Of a stretch of DNA of 64,000 nucleotides, positions 28,828 through 45,700 are shown one piece after another (positions within the stretch are counted from its first letter, which is position 1; every line of letters begins with the position of its first letter). Position numbers and translations under genes: made by a program. The notes under the pieces were generated by a model. The model did not search any database, was not told the DNA's origin, and saw only the letters and a program-made list of their open reading frames with translations. This DNA is from the human T2T-CHM13v2.0 reference genome, Homo sapiens: assembly GCF_009914755.1 (NCBI RefSeq), contig NC_060928.1; one strand, written 5' to 3'.

Positions 28828-29270
28828 GTGTCAGTTTGCTATGTGCTAAGTACCACAACCTGGGTATCTTCAACAACAAATTGCCTCAAAGTTCTGGAAG
28901 CTGAAAGTCTATAATCACTATGTCAGCAGGTTTGGTTCCTTTGGGGGCTTCAAAGAAGATTCTCTTCTATTCCACTCTCATAGCTTTCAATGGTTTGTTA
29001 GCATCTTTCTTTGAAATCCTTTGGCTTGTAGATGTAGCACCCCTACATCTCTGCCTTCATCTTATTTGGTGTTCTTCCCGTGCATGCGTCTCTGCGTGCA
29101 CCTTTCTGCTTTTTATAAGGATACCAATCGTATTGGAAAGACCTACCCTAATGACCTCACTTTACCTTGATTGTGCCTGTAAATATCCTATTTCTAAATA
29201 AGGTCATATTCTAAAATACCGGGAGTTAGGATTTTAATACATCTTTATGGAGGGCACAGTTCAACTCAGA
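28828..29270 (-). mobile_element. MLT1 (C/D-like) MaLR solo LTR
   Basis: aagtaccacaacctgggt...gttctggaagctgaaagtc...tttctaaataaggtcatattct...gggcacagttcaac. Confidence 0.75.
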
Positions 29271-31129
29271 ATGGGTGCAAGAAGCTGAGGAATATGTCAA
29301 ATACAATTTATTGCATGTCTTTTAGAGATCACTTCCATTGTCCATGTATTAATGGTGAGAAAATTGAGGTCGAGACGAGAGAAATTACTTGCTCAAGAAG
29401 GATCATTAGAATGGTCATAGATGGGTCTAGGCCGGAAGCAAGTCTCTTGATCTCCAGCACGATGCTTTTGAAGCTTCATTGTAAATACCACTAAACATTA
29501 TTTACCCTTTAGATTAGTGCTTCAGAATTTTTGGGTCACATAGTCCCTTTGAGACTGTGAAGGAGTCTCTGAACCCTCTCCTCGGAAAATGGCTGTGAAC
29601 AGAAACCACCCCAGTCTTATACAACTTTCAAGGACATCTTTGAACCCTATCTCTAACTATCCTCTCTCCAGATTTTCTTTAGTCAAGTCATCTTAAGTAT
29701 GTTTTGATTCCTGAGAAAATTGCTTAAAATGCTATAAAATTGTCTGAAATAGCAAGAAGAACATGTTGACTTTTGGCTTGGAAAAAAATGCATACTTATC
29801 CAGAGTGGGAAATTTCCCCCTTATGGCCTTTGCACTGATCATAAGTGAGAAGTGGCAGAAAGAAAGGGACTGTGTTCAACAACGTGATTCTCATCACATG
29901 CCAGCTCCTTCAGCTTTCTGTTTAACAGTTGGGCAGGTAGGCTTGCCTAGGGTTTTGCATTGATGCACTGTAAACATATTCGTCTTAGTTACGAAACTAT
30001 AGAAAGCATTTAAAATAAAAATAAACCTCTTTCCAATTTGCATTGCACATAGTGGATTAATTTGTCCAAAGTCCATGCTATTTAAATGAAGTTTACATTT
30101 TCCAAATGTTTAACAATATGAAAACGAATATTTCACTTGAAAGTCTGAAAGCACACCATTAGAGTCATTCAGATACATGGATGTTACATCTGGAATTTTA
30201 TTAAAATTCAACGTTTTTGGCTGCTGTCCTCTGGCTCTGAGCATTGGCCCCATCCTGTTGTCATAGCTCTCATCTGACTTGTTCCTCCACAGGAACTTTC
30301 CTGCTTTGGAAGCCTGGGGTACACGATCTAAGGCCTAAAAGCTGCTTGCTTTCAGCTAGGACTCCTTCCAAGTCCTAGCATGTCAATATGCTTTTACAAA
30401 GATCGCTATATCATGGCTTACTTTTTTATCATTGCAACAACAATGATAGTTAAAAACAGTGTTCAGAGCAAGGTTTGCTCTTTTCAGCAGTTTCTTCTCT
30501 CCAAATTGCTTCTTCCAATTAACAAAAAGGAGTTGAAAACCCCATTTCCTGCAGCCACCTGTGGCCTCCCTTTCTTTAGGATAAATTTCTCTGGCACAAT
30601 CAAGAGTTCCTGTAAGCTCCTGGGTTCTTTTTGAATGGAAATTAGGTAAAATGAATTTTGATTCTTTTTCAGATCTGGGGTAGTGGTGGGTGTTGGATGT
30701 AAAATTCCCTGATTATATTTCAATCATCGTCTCACATCTTTTTTATAACACAACCTCTGATACTTTTAAATTCAAGATATTGACATCATTTTGCCGGTGA
30801 AACAGATGCTTTGGCACTGAATTTGGAAGTATATACCTTGGGTGATACTTTCACATCTATCGGAGATTAAATACGGATATTGACAAGGTGGCAATTATCA
30901 TTTGAACTCAGACACGGAGGCTCACTTTGCAGCTAATTTGGCACAGAAAAAAATTGTTCTAAACAATCAAAATTTTAACCAGAAGTTTCAATATGTATTT
31001 CACATTCTTTAGAGGGCTTGTGAAAGCCTATATAATTTGAACTACCCTGACTTTTCAGTTTCTTCCTTCGTCTAACTCTCTAAGCTGCTAGAACAACCAC
31101 AGTCCATACTGAACTTTGTGCACACGGAG

Positions 31130-31350
31130 ATACTGGATGAACAACGGACAATGTCCAGACCATCTCTGGAAACAGAACCCTGACCCACACCCCTTCAGCA
31201 ACCTGCCAGGAAGGCCAAGCCACAATCTCTGTGGCAATTGGCTCAGGACGGTAAGGACTTGCTCAAAAACTGCCAGCTTCTCTATTTTTTTGCCTCTGTT
31301 TTTAACTCAGGACCAACAAGAGATAGCTAAATATGCTCACCAATCAGATG
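31130..31350 (+). mobile_element. ERV1 LTR fragment (MER89/MER110-like)
   Basis: actgccagcttctcta...aactcaggaccaacaagagatagctaaatatgctcaccaatca resembles old ERV1 LTR U3. Family is uncertain. Confidence 0.5.
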
Positions 31351-32067
31351 AGAATTTTTACATATAGGCTCTGTCCTGTGTTTGTTTAAAACCTTGGTTT
31401 TTCCTTGGATTACAGTGTTTCCATAATTCTGTTTTTTTAACCTATCTATAGCTTCTATTACATTACATTATATACAACTTTTGCGTTTTTCTTAAATGTG
31501 TATATTTTTAATACTTATGTTTCCTAGGATATAAAAAATTTTGAATTTTCACATGTACGTGGCATTCTTCTTTCCATACCTGGCAGGACTTCATCTCCCA
31601 TTGCACACCTCTTCGAATGTTGAACACTGTCTGACACACGGTTTTAGTTGCCTTGATTATATATGCCCAATACCACCCTATCATTTGCTATTCGATTCCT
31701 GACTTTTGCTTGAATTTCCTATGTTTACTTTTGCTATGTTGTCTTGATAACAGTATTCTCTCATTCTCAACTGAATTTCTTCCCAGTAAGGTATTGTGGT
31801 TATCTTTGAACAGTGTTTCTCAAACCTTAATATTAGTATGACCCACCTTTGGATATTGTTAAAATGAATATGCGAATTCATTACTTCTGGGTTAGGTTCA
31901 CATTCTGAATTTCTCCTATTGCCCAACTCCCAATGCTCTTGGCCCACAAAATGCACTTTGATACATTTTGTTTTCCAAATCTGAGAGATTATAAAAAATT
32001 TCTGAGGATATAGATACATCAATGTCTATATATCTACATCTACATACACACACACATACTACACAGG

Positions 32068-32850
<783 letters not shown>

Positions 32851-33196
32851 AGATTTGGATCAGTCCATTCCAACTCATCCCGCTGACTGAGTTAGCCATG
32901 CTTATCTTGTCATCATCCCCGCACTCTATACTCACCCACATGCAGACACACGCAGTCGTGTATAACCATTGCATTTGGTGGTGTGACAGGCTCTGGCTTA
33001 TGGTTGATTTTGAATTATATTATTTTTTAAAACTATTTTAGAATATGTCTATTTTCTAAATGTAGCACTTTACGGCATTTTATTATGTAAAACACGTGAA
33101 GGTCAGTGAAAATATTGAGGTCTTATGCAGCCAAGGTTAGAATTTAAAAGGTCTATATGTGAATCTGTCATTGTACTTTTAGAAAATAAAGGTGAA

Positions 33197-33498
33197 GGCT
33201 GGGTGCAGTGGCTTACACCTGTAATCCCACCACTTTGGGAGGCCAAAGCAGTGGGATCGCTTGAGCCCAGGGGTTCAGGATCAGATGGGGCAACATAGTG
33301 AGTCCCCATCTCTACAAAAAAACCCCAAAATTAGCTGGATGTGGTGGTGTGTCTATAGTCCCAACTATGTGGGAGGCTGAGGTTGGAGTATTGATTGAGC
33401 CCAAGAAGTCGAGGTTGTAGTGAGCCGAGATTGCACCGTGCTCTCCAGCCTGTGTGACAGAGTGAGACTCTTCTGTCTCAAAAAAAAGAAAAAAAAAA
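33197..33498 (+). mobile_element. AluJ
   Basis: ggatcgcttgagcccagg, gggcaacatagtgag and ttgagcccaagaagtcgagg (J diagnostics), plus an A-tail. Confidence 0.93.
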
Positions 33499-35651
33499 TT
33501 TTTTTTTTTGGTCAAATTCATATTCTGAGGTTTAGTCATTAATGTGAATGGGAGTAAGATTTATTCAACATTTACTTTGTGAAAGATACATTAGGCTTAC
33601 TTAACTTCATGAATTTTAAACAATAATTTGTTGAGTACCTAAATCTGAGAAATTGTGACATTAGATTTCCATGCAGCATGCAGTGTTTTTAAAAGTTTTT
33701 AATACCTAGTTTTATTTTTACTATTAATGCTATGAATTAATATATTTTATTGTTGCAGTTAGTAACAAACTTCTTAAATTTTTTAAATAACATTCTTTTA
33801 TACATTCAGACAAACAATTGGCTTTAAGAAAATTATAATAAACATCTGCAAATTAGATTCAAATATAAGAAATTATTTCACCATATCTAATTGTCTTATC
33901 TCAATGTGTCATTTATAGTTCAAGAAACTGTGACTCAAACAGATTGTAGTTTTTGTCTAGGATCATTTTCCAACAGTTGAAATAAGAGTTTAACCTGGGT
34001 CCTTCGATGCCAAAGCTGGGGCTGTAATCAGTATGGTCCAAGATTTTTACAATAGCCCTACAGAAATTCTAATTAGTTAACAGATATGCCATAAGTAATT
34101 TTATACAATGTAGACAAAACTATCTGATACTAAAAATGTGGAAGAACAAATGACTATTAATTGTAATCTGAGATTGCAAGTGAAGAATAGATCACTTTTA
34201 TTCTGATGTTTTTAAAACTTCCAATAATTTTCATTTTTTCATTTTATGATACTCTTATCAAACACATCTGAGCTAAACAAACTTGATTCTTTTATCTGTC
34301 AATATTACTCATAAATTAAATGTGGGAAAAGTCAAATATTTGAATTATTGCCTCTAAATACATCAGCCAATTTAAATTTCATAATATGCCATTTCAGTTG
34401 CACATTTAATAGAATATGCTTGAAAATCTAAATTCGCATAAGAGATAAACTTGGGAATGAACTACATCATAATGGCTTTAAAATATCCCTAAAAGTGCTT
34501 TTTAAAGAAAAGAATAGTTCAGTTCACTGGGTATATATTTACATTTTATTAATATGTTGACAAAAGTCTAGTGCTTTGAAAACTAAAATCCAGAGAGTTG
34601 ATTTTTGAGTATGAATGGTGATAAAACATAAGAAAGTTATGAAAATAACACTTGGGCAAAGTTCCAGTAAAATTAATTTTCAGTAGCTTAATGGTAAGAA
34701 ACTTGGTTGTGATAAATAGATGGTGCATATACTCCAAATCCATGGGGGCTGGAGAGATACAGTTGCTTACTCTATTAACATTATTCAAATAAACTAATCA
34801 TGAGAAATGAACAACACAAAAGAAGTCTCAAAGACCATGTACTTTTGAAACTTCTCATTGGTTAGCTCATGGATTTTTTCTTTTTTTGGTGGGTCTGTTA
34901 GATCAGGTTTCCCACAAGGGTTGCAAGGGCATGTCAAGGATGATGAAGAGGTGTAGAGGAGTGAGGAGGGATTGCTGCTTTATAGCTCACCTCTCTCTAG
35001 ATAAATGACACTTTTGACCAACAGTATTTTCAGCCTGGTATCAGGTTCTCTACAATTTAGTAGCTTAAGATGTGAAATTAAATTAAATTGAACAAGAACC
35101 AAACATTGCAGATTGGCATCTTATTCAAACTTGATCCAAAGACATGATAGTTTGATTTGTTTGATTATTATAAGCATTTATTTTTATTGTGCTTTTCATT
35201 TGTGTGGGAATATCCATGGCTAGCGAATAATCTTTGTAGTTTTCTATTACCTTATTTTACTTGCTAACTCCTGAATTCTTTAAGCCAAAAGCTCTGAATT
35301 TGATGGTTTTGAAGATCCCTTTGAAATCGAAATTCTAGAATCATATGCCATAGATAGAGCATGCCTGGTACAGAATTGTGAACTTGTAGCAACCGCTGCC
35401 ACAAAACTGCTGGAATACTCCACTTATTAGGATGTAATTTTCATCAGGGTCTAGACCAAATGCTGCCATTGCACAGGACATCATACCACAAATGGGACCA
35501 AAGCAATGCAGCTAGTTTCTCAACTTTGCTTAGAGAAGTAAGCCAGATATGGCTCATTCTCTGCTTGCCTTCACCAGTGCCAGAAGTCCAAGACTCCGGA
35601 GAAGTCAATCATGACTCAGACTGTTCTCATACCGTGGTGCACGACCTGTGA

Positions 35652-36005
<354 letters not shown>

Positions 36006-36144
36006 TGAAACACCAAATTTTTGACCTGCACGTTTCTTTATATTTTAAATCTGATCTTTGAATACTGCATTTTCCTTAGCCTTCCTGCCCCACTCAGGCA
36101 CATTTTTTCTACAGCTATCTCAAATATGGCTCATTTTTCTCCGT

Positions 36145-37653
36145 GGAGGCCCATCGCCTATCAAGTTCCTCCCAGGTTCAGCCACAGCCACCGGGTTGCG
36201 GCTCCAGACCCCAGGATCCCTGTGCTCTCGGGGGCCCAGGAAGCCCCTTGCCCCCACAGGCTTGGAAGTGCCTGCTCCCATTCTCTAGCCTCTTCTTGCT
36301 CCCAGTGGCTGCTCCCGGGCGGAGCAAAGTTGTGGCTGAGCCCAGGCACCATCGTGACCTGGCCTAGTGTGCACGCATTTGGGGCGATGCTGACACGTCA
36401 GCCCCCTACCGCCTTGGCTCCCTCTGGACTTTGGCCACCAACGATCATGGGAGGAAGGCTGAGAGGATATTCAGGGCGGCTCAGCACGGGCCTGCAGAGG
36501 ACCCTCAGCAAGAACAGCCTGGACGCGGTGGATGGCATGTTGATGGCACCAGGAGGTAGACAGGCTCTTGAGTGGAAAGGGGTGGGTCCCAGGTGAAATC
36601 CCACCTTCAAGCCGGGGATGGCCTGAAGACTGGAGGCTGGGCTGTCAGTTTTGGATGGAGTCTGTGGCCCAGAGTGAGAATTTACGGTGCTTTTTCCAGG
36701 CCGCCCATGGCCACTCATGGACCAATCAGCACACACTTTCTCCCTCCTGAGCACGTAAAAACCCCAGATCCACCTGACTAGGACAGACATTCGGACTACC
36801 AGCTGTGGAAAGGTGCTACCCACTACAGGTCTCCTCACTGAGAGCTGGACACTTGCTGGGCGACCTGCCTGCAGAAAGGACCTACCCAGTATGGGTCTCC
36901 TCTCCACTGAGAGCTGGGCTCTCCTTGGAATGACACACCTGCAGAAAGGAGCTACCAACTGTGGGTCTCCTCTGAGCTGTCCTGTCACTCACTAAAGCTC
37001 CTGTCTGTCTTGCTCACTCTCTAGTTGTCTGCATATCTCATTCTTCCTGGATACAGGACAAGAACTCGGGACCCACTGAATGGCGGGACTGAAAGAGCTG
37101 TAACGCAAACAGGGCCGAAGCACGCTCCCCCACCCTCCGCTCACCACGTTGGGGGTGACAAGAAGGAAAGAAGAGCTGCGGCCCTTCGGGGATTCTAGAC
37201 CCAGGGGCTCCCTGAGCCAGGGGTGTGACACCCTTTTTGGGGCTCCGTGGTTCCTGGCGTCTCCAAGGTTCCGGCACCACTGCGTTCCCCTCATCCAGAC
37301 ACGGGTGCCCTCAGTGGAAGCTGCTTGCAGTACATCTGATCCAGTCACAGTCCTGCACGAAGCCAGTGCCTGTGCCGGCTCCTGGACCTGCCTGCCCCGC
37401 TGCAGTAACTGGCATGCCTGGCTGTGTGCAATGGCCAGACCCCATGCTTGCTTGCTCACACACCCCTTGCCACTCTGCACCTGGCTTGCCCTTGGTAGGC
37501 ATGGGATCCAGGCTGCTAGACTGAACTGAGCTCAGCCTGCTAGGCTAAGTGGGCGGAACAAACCCAGTGGGCCTGAACAAGAACTCGGGCAAAGGCGCCA
37601 CCGGCCACAGAGGTTTCCAGCTGGAAAAGTGACACCCTAAGGATTCCGAGACA
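36145..37653 (+). mobile_element. MER52A (ERV1) LTR, 5'-truncated
   Basis: GC-rich 1.5-kb block with ccctgtgctctcgggggcccaggaagcccc, catggaccaatcagcacacac, three ~70-bp repeats (gaaaggagctacc...ggtctcctc) and the terminus ggccacagaggtttccagctggaaaagtgacacc...aca. Confidence 0.88.
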
Positions 37654-37807
37654 CTATTGGATTGGGGCCCAACTTTTATGACCTCATTCATCCTTCATTA
37701 GTTCCTAAAAGGTCTTATCTGCAAATATATTTAGACTTGGGAGGCCTTGAGTATATAAATTTGACAGGGGTTGGGTGGGGGGCGGGGACACAGATTAGTC
37801 TGTAACA
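37654..37807 (-). mobile_element. MLT1A-like LTR 5' fragment
   Basis: attggattggggcccaacttttatgacctcatt...gggacacagattagtctgtaaca. Confidence 0.65.
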
Positions 37808-37994
37808 CCGGGTGATTATCTTTTTATACAAATACCCTCAATTTTCTTTTATTATTTTTTAAAAACTCACCCCAATGCTCATAAATATGTCTCAGCTACT
37901 GCTGGTTCCTTTTCTAACTAAACTTTAAATATTGGTTATTAGGAATTGCTCCCAGTTGCTCTTCTGTTTTTGCAATCTCTTACTAGATGATCTC

Positions 37995-38670
37995 TGTAAG
38001 GGCAAACACAAATTAAAATTAAGAGGGTTAATTTCCCCTGTTGAGAATAAGGAAAGAGAATTCTTTCCCCTTTCTTTTCTTATAGAATTACTTTAGAAAA
38101 CTTGTATTTTCTTCATTTCTTTGAAATGTATTTAAATATTTTTAAAAGCTAAATAAACCTCTTGCCAGTTTTAAGGGAGAAGAATGTCTTTATCAAGGAC
38201 CTGGAAAACATCTCTTTGGAATGTAAATATTAAAGGAAGATAAGTGCCTCCATCTCCCAGGTTCTGTGGGAGGGTAGGACCTAACTTCAGCTAAAGCTTG
38301 GCTCTAAGTTGCAAAACTACTGTCTATCATGCAGATATGAGAAGTGTATTTTCCTTTATATAAAGCCACCTAACTAGTCACCCCAATCGCTAGGTGAATT
38401 GCTGTGTGTGAAAAATACCGCTGCCAAGTTCTTGACTTGAGGACTAGTCATTCTTTATCTTGAGGGCCTGAATGTAATGAGTTGTATCTACTTGGCTACA
38501 TAAAGGGATAAGATTTCTTTCCATCTTTGCCATTTCTTAGCAAATTGCCTGGGATGTATATCACATTCTGGTTTAATACTTGTTCAATAATAAAATTGTT
38601 TTCTGCTATCTTTGTGGAGAGGTTATCCAGGATGGGAGGATAATTGGTTTTCAATTATATTTTCCTAATA
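37995..38670 (+). mobile_element. ERV1 (MER4-group) solo LTR inserted in an L2
   Basis: Starts TG and ends ...attatattttcctaata (CA decayed to TA). 4-bp TSD TCTC at 37991-37994 and 38671-38674; aataaa near 38589; plus-strand L2 sequence on both flanks. Confidence 0.75.
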
Positions 38671-39869
38671 TCTCATTCATATTTTTTGCTGGCTCCCAAA
38701 TCTGATCTCTGGCCAAGGCCTCTTCTCTAAGTCAGATTCTCTAGATTTCCACATGGATGTCTTGCAGTCATTTCAATTAAAAAAAAATAAAACAAACTCA
38801 AAATACAATCCCCAATGTTGTCTTCTACACCTTGTCATCACCAAGTTTCTGCCATTTCAATGTAACGTGCAACTGTTGAATGGTTCCTGCAAACACTATA
38901 TTGACTTTTTTTCTTATTACACACCAGCTTTATTTTTTTTTTTATTTTAGCAATATGTCAGCGAAGCCTCTTGCTTGTATTTCCATTCAAGACCAATGTA
39001 ATTTCAATGTAGATCTTGATGTTGTCATCTTCTCTGGTCTTACTAGTCTAACATCCTATAATTTTGTGATGGGAATATTGTAATATTGCTTATCTTTCTT
39101 TGTTGATTTTTACCTCTCCCTAAACTACATTCCACACCATAACACATTTTCTTAACAAGTCTGTCTCTTAACACAACAGTCTATTTGCAAAATGTGTTTG
39201 ACCATAGGACAGTTTTGTAACTTTTGTGATTTTCATTGAGCTATTAACATTTCCATTCGCTCATTAATTCATACCAAAAATATTTATTAAGAAAGGACTG
39301 TGTGCCAAGAAGGTAACTAGCTTTACTTGGAATGCAAATTGATAAATATAACACTAAGACATACAATTAATTTATTTTCTTTTTGAAGTTATTTGATAAA
39401 ATTAGAATTGATTTACCACCTACATGGTCAAATGTAATGCTGTTAATGAAAGTCAGTGCATTCCATACAATACCAACTTATTTATTAAGCATTAATCAGA
39501 GCTATGGCAGATGTGGCCAAGGAGATGCCCTGTACTGGACCACTCACTGTGTAATTAAATGTTCCTGTCTCACAGTGCTCTCCAAACATTACAGAGATTC
39601 TTTTTTTCTCTAATGAAAATAATTGTTTCTTTATAGTAAGTAGTCTACTGCTGTGATATTTCCAGGAAATGCATATTATGAAAAACTAGAAATTGAATCA
39701 GAAGCATAAAGTAGCCCATCAGCTGAACTCTCAGGATTCACAGACCTGTTGAGGTCCAAAGTGAAGTAGGTTGTAAAATCACTGTTATCTCACTGACAGG
39801 GTTAAAGTTTTTGAATATGTTCAATGAAAAATTGAAATATGAGAAGTAAGATAAAAATTCATGAATAAG

Positions 39870-41540
<1,671 letters not shown>

Positions 41541-41599
41541 AGGGATGAGGGCTGAACTAAGTCTCCATCAGGCTGATAGAGTGTGATGGAGAGGAAGGA

Positions 41600-41797
41600 C
41601 TTGTGGCCTAAGTAGCTGCCAGTGGCTCCACACTCCAGCACTCACAAAGACCACATGCCTTAAAGCTCTGCTGTCACCGTCTTGACATGCTTAATAATTC
41701 AATAATTATTCAATTAGTATTTAAGAATAATTCAATACTTCAATTTTTAACAAGTCCTTCCATTTTAATTTTACATTGGGCCCCATATATAATGGGA
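41600..41797 (+). mobile_element. MER45A-like hAT-Tip100 MITE
   Basis: gctctgctgtcaccgtcttgacatgcttaataatt ... cattttaattttacattgggcccca, with an AT-rich internal expansion. Confidence 0.6.
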
Positions 41798-43167
41798 TTG
41801 GAGTATCTGATGATAGAGAATGTTGGGGAATTGCGTTCTATTTTTAGATTATGTTTTAAGTATGTGATGTATAATACAGAAGCAACTTATTTAGAGATGA
41901 TTCGGAAAAAATCATAGATCTTTTTCTGATTAAATCCCCTCCTCCCTGCCATTTCTTACAGTAGAGTTTCATAATCTTTTCCAAACAAAAATAGAATTTC
42001 TAATTGCTAAAAGACTTTATGTTATATGCATAGTTCTGCCAATTGCTTTCTGGATGGTAGATGTGTCTAATACAATATTTACTTGCTTTAGAAATAGATA
42101 TATTTGGATTAAAATCCTTTCTCTGTTTTTTAATATTTGTGACCTTGAAAAAAGTATATAACATTTTTGAATTTCATTAACTTCATCCAAACAGTAAAAT
42201 GTATAGTATCTTTCTTCAGAGAATATAAATAATAAACTGAAACGCCTGACACACACTAAGTACTTATTAAATGGTAGCTATTATGATGATTTCTTAGAAA
42301 AAATTGTTCCATGTCTTAATTTTCTCTCTTTTGAAACTCAAAAATATCTATATGCCTACCTTAAATTTGGGGAATTAAAAAAAAGAGATAATGCATAATT
42401 TTATTTACTTGTATAGCAAAACAACTTATTTTTGAATAGGTAATCCAGGCTTACTGTATAAAATAAAATGGTATTATAAAAACAGTTGTATTGTGAAAGT
42501 TTCTATCCTCCAGTCTTTTAACTCCCCTCCCAAAATTTAACCACTTAACATATTTCTCTGTATCCATCAGGATTCTTTTTGCCTTTCAAAAATGGTAGCA
42601 TGCAATACACACTCCTGTTCCCCTTGATTTTTTTTTAACCTTGGCTTAGGTATTATACCTTTATCAATGCATATAGAGATTCCTCCTTTTTTTTCTCTAA
42701 ATAGAGACTCTCTATCAAGGTGACCCTCCAAGAAGCATGGACAAAGCAGAACATGTTTAGGGGCTAACCACGGAGAATGTACTATTCACTTTTAAATACA
42801 AGTAAGAGATACCTAACAATACATAGGTTCTCCAAAGAGCTCATAGGTGGTATTTAAAATGATGAAACTAGTTCCCAGGAGACCCTGCGAAAAAGTTAGC
42901 AATAAACACTATCAGATCTAAAAAGCAGGATGCCAGTTGGTCAAATAAAACATATATGTATATTTTTTGCTCGTCCCTTCTACCTGTTTTGGTCCTGGAA
43001 GGGCCAAAGTTTATGGGTAGCAAGAGTGTAAATCAGCACAAGAACAAGACAAAAACAATTAAACCGGCCAATAAACTCCCCATCTTTAACATGGTTGGCA
43101 GTCACTAAGTCAAAGCTCTGAGAAGGGAAAACACCTATGACTACGAAAAAGTTTAAAGTTTAGTTAT

Positions 43168-43483
43168 TGTTATGGGCTGAATTGTGTCCCCCCCAAAATT
43201 CACATGTTGAAGTCTTAACCCCCAGTAGTGGAATATCTAGTAAGCCCCAGTGCAACTGTATTTGGAGATAGAGTCTTATAAAGATAATTAAGATTAAATG
43301 AACTCTTTAGGGTGAACCCTAATTCAATAGGACTGCTCTCCTTATAAGAGGAGGAGATTAGAACACAGTCGCGGGGGAATGACTATGTGAAGGCAGAGAG
43401 ACAATGGCCATCTAAAAGCCAAGGAGAAACAACCCTGCTGACACCTTCATCTTGGACTTTTAACCCCCACATCTGTGAGAAAA
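43168..43483 (+). mobile_element. MLT1A/B MaLR LTR, 3'-truncated
   Basis: tgttatgggctgaattgtgtccccccaaaattcacatgttgaagtcttaacccc...aaccctgctgacaccttcatcttggactt. Confidence 0.85.
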
Positions 43484-44479
43484 CACTACATATATTGATT
43501 ACTAACCCAAGGATACTTTGCTACATAAAGTGGCAAGGAAATTAACAGGACTTGTTTTAACTTCACCCCAAAGCCAAAAGAACTAGTACCAGGAAACACA
43601 TTTAAAAGAGAAAAGGAGAAAAAAACCCAGTAAAGACACTTGAAAATGATATCTCATGAATCCTGCCTATTAAAACATTGGTTTGCACATAGATGCACTT
43701 CGGGAGAGTTGAAATTTTATGATACTTTTCTTAACGTATCCCCTGCCATTATTTGAAGTTATCTTTTTCCCTTTTAGTGATATTAAAAATGTCTTCATGT
43801 AGATTCTGGCTAGTTTTAAAATTTAGTTTTATATATTATGCATAAATCTAGTATTTTCTTCCGTAATATCTATATGGAAGTTTATTTTACATACAGGAAG
43901 GATATTGGTATGTTAATTTTGACTCCAGCTGCCACACTAATTTATCTCAATGTTTACATGACTTTTTTTAGTCAAATCTTTTGGATTTTGTATGTAAGTT
44001 ATACAATTATTTGCAAATTGTGATAGCTTTATGTCCTCCTCTATGTCTTTTATTATGGTAATACCTTAAAAACTTTAAATGAGAGTAACTGTGGTAGACA
44101 CCAAATATAAACAACTTTTTCAGCTGAGGTAGATTTTGTAAAAACTCTTAAAGAAAAATACATATACTTAAAACAATATTTAAAAAATAAAGAATGGATA
44201 CTGAATTATATAAAAACCTCAGTATCTATGGAGAAGATCACATCATTTTGATTTTGTTTTTATCCTATGGTGAATTATATTAATATGTTTCCTGATTTTG
44301 ATATGTTCTTGCATGTATGGGATATACTCTATGGTGTTTCTTACTGTTGATCATATTTGTTTATTGGTTTCAGGATTTTTACATTACTTAGCATGAGTAA
44401 AACAGATATATAGCTTTTAAAAATATATGTACTTTGGTGCTTATTGTCAGTTTTCTTGGACTTGATTAAAAAAAAAGAA

Positions 44480-45700
44480 CTTGGGGCTTTCACTTCTGTT
44501 TATGCCACAGTGAATGTTACTGGACATACCTTCTTGACGTTAAATAAAACTAAAAACCAAAAAATTCTAGCAATATGAACAAGCTATATGAAACAATTAT
44601 TTTTCAGAAATTGAAAGATAGGCAGTGTAGGACTATGACCCCTGAAAAAAGGGAAACAAATAATCTAAGCCATACAATCACCCCACATTACAGACTGCAG
44701 CCATTTCCCAGGTCATGGAGTAGAGGGGTAAACACAGGCAGAGCACAGGGGTCTCAATGAATTGCAGAGATGAGTCTCGGAGTTCAGGGAAATTGAGGCA
44801 AACTGAAATTTGGGGCAAAATATTTGAGGCAAGGTAGCTACCCAAATAAATAGCTCTAGAAATCTGAAAAAAAAAAAAAAAAAAAAAAAAAAACCAAAAA
44901 AACAAAAAACAAACAAAAAAAAACTGGTTAAGCACTAACCACACATGGGAGAGAGTAAGACTCCACCAGACCAGCAAAAGAAGACATTCTGAGAAAGAAG
45001 TGCCAGGGACTTCTAAGCTAGAAAATGTCTACTACTCAAAGAGGGCTGTGAGGAGTTTGCTATCCAAACAGTCAGATGTCACAATGATATCACTGCCTCA
45101 CTGTGAAATTATAAGAATGATTATATATATAGTACTACTTAGCTAACTCTTGAGTGAAATCTAAATCCTCTAAAATACACTTAAAAACTATTCTCTAGAT
45201 TAAGCTGCATTGCATTTAGCTGACTCTGACCAGACTAAACCCATCCCTCTTTCAAGACAGAAAACAAAATATTAGCATTCAACAATATCACAATTACAAT
45301 GTCCACAATCCAATCAGAAATTACTAGACATGAGAAAAGACAGGAAAATGTGACCATTAACATGTCGAATTGATTAATAGTCATAAAAATAGAAATGAAA
45401 GAGATGGTAGATTAGCATAAGAACTTTAAAAAGACTATTATAATTATTTTTGAGAGCTTAAAGGAAAACATGTACATGATGAAGAAAGAACTAGAAGAAT
45501 TTTAAAAAGAGCCAAATATCTTCAGAGATAAAGAATCCAGTATATAAAATAAAATTTCACTGGATAGATTTAACAGCAGAATAGATATAGAGGATCCACA
45601 AGCTTGTAGAGTTTTGTCAAATTTCATCAAACTGTCCTCTTAAAATGAATGCATTTTATTGTATTAAAATTACACTTTAATAAAATTCACTTTCAAAAAA
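44480..45700 (+). mobile_element. Old L1M: 5'UTR/ORF1-region pieces joined to a 3'-end fragment
   Basis: A-rich degenerate L1M 5' motifs (aaattactagacatgagaaaagacaggaaaatgtgacc; ttcactggatagatttaacagcagaatag), then a 3' terminus (tgcattttattgtattaaaattacactttaataaa). Confidence 0.6.

Noticed and set aside
36021-37529. Cluster of long overlapping ORFs (up to 196 aa) in a GC-rich, CpG-island-like block
   Set aside because: Explained by the GC-rich MER52A LTR, which has few stop codons. No protein motifs, and CpGs are largely decayed.
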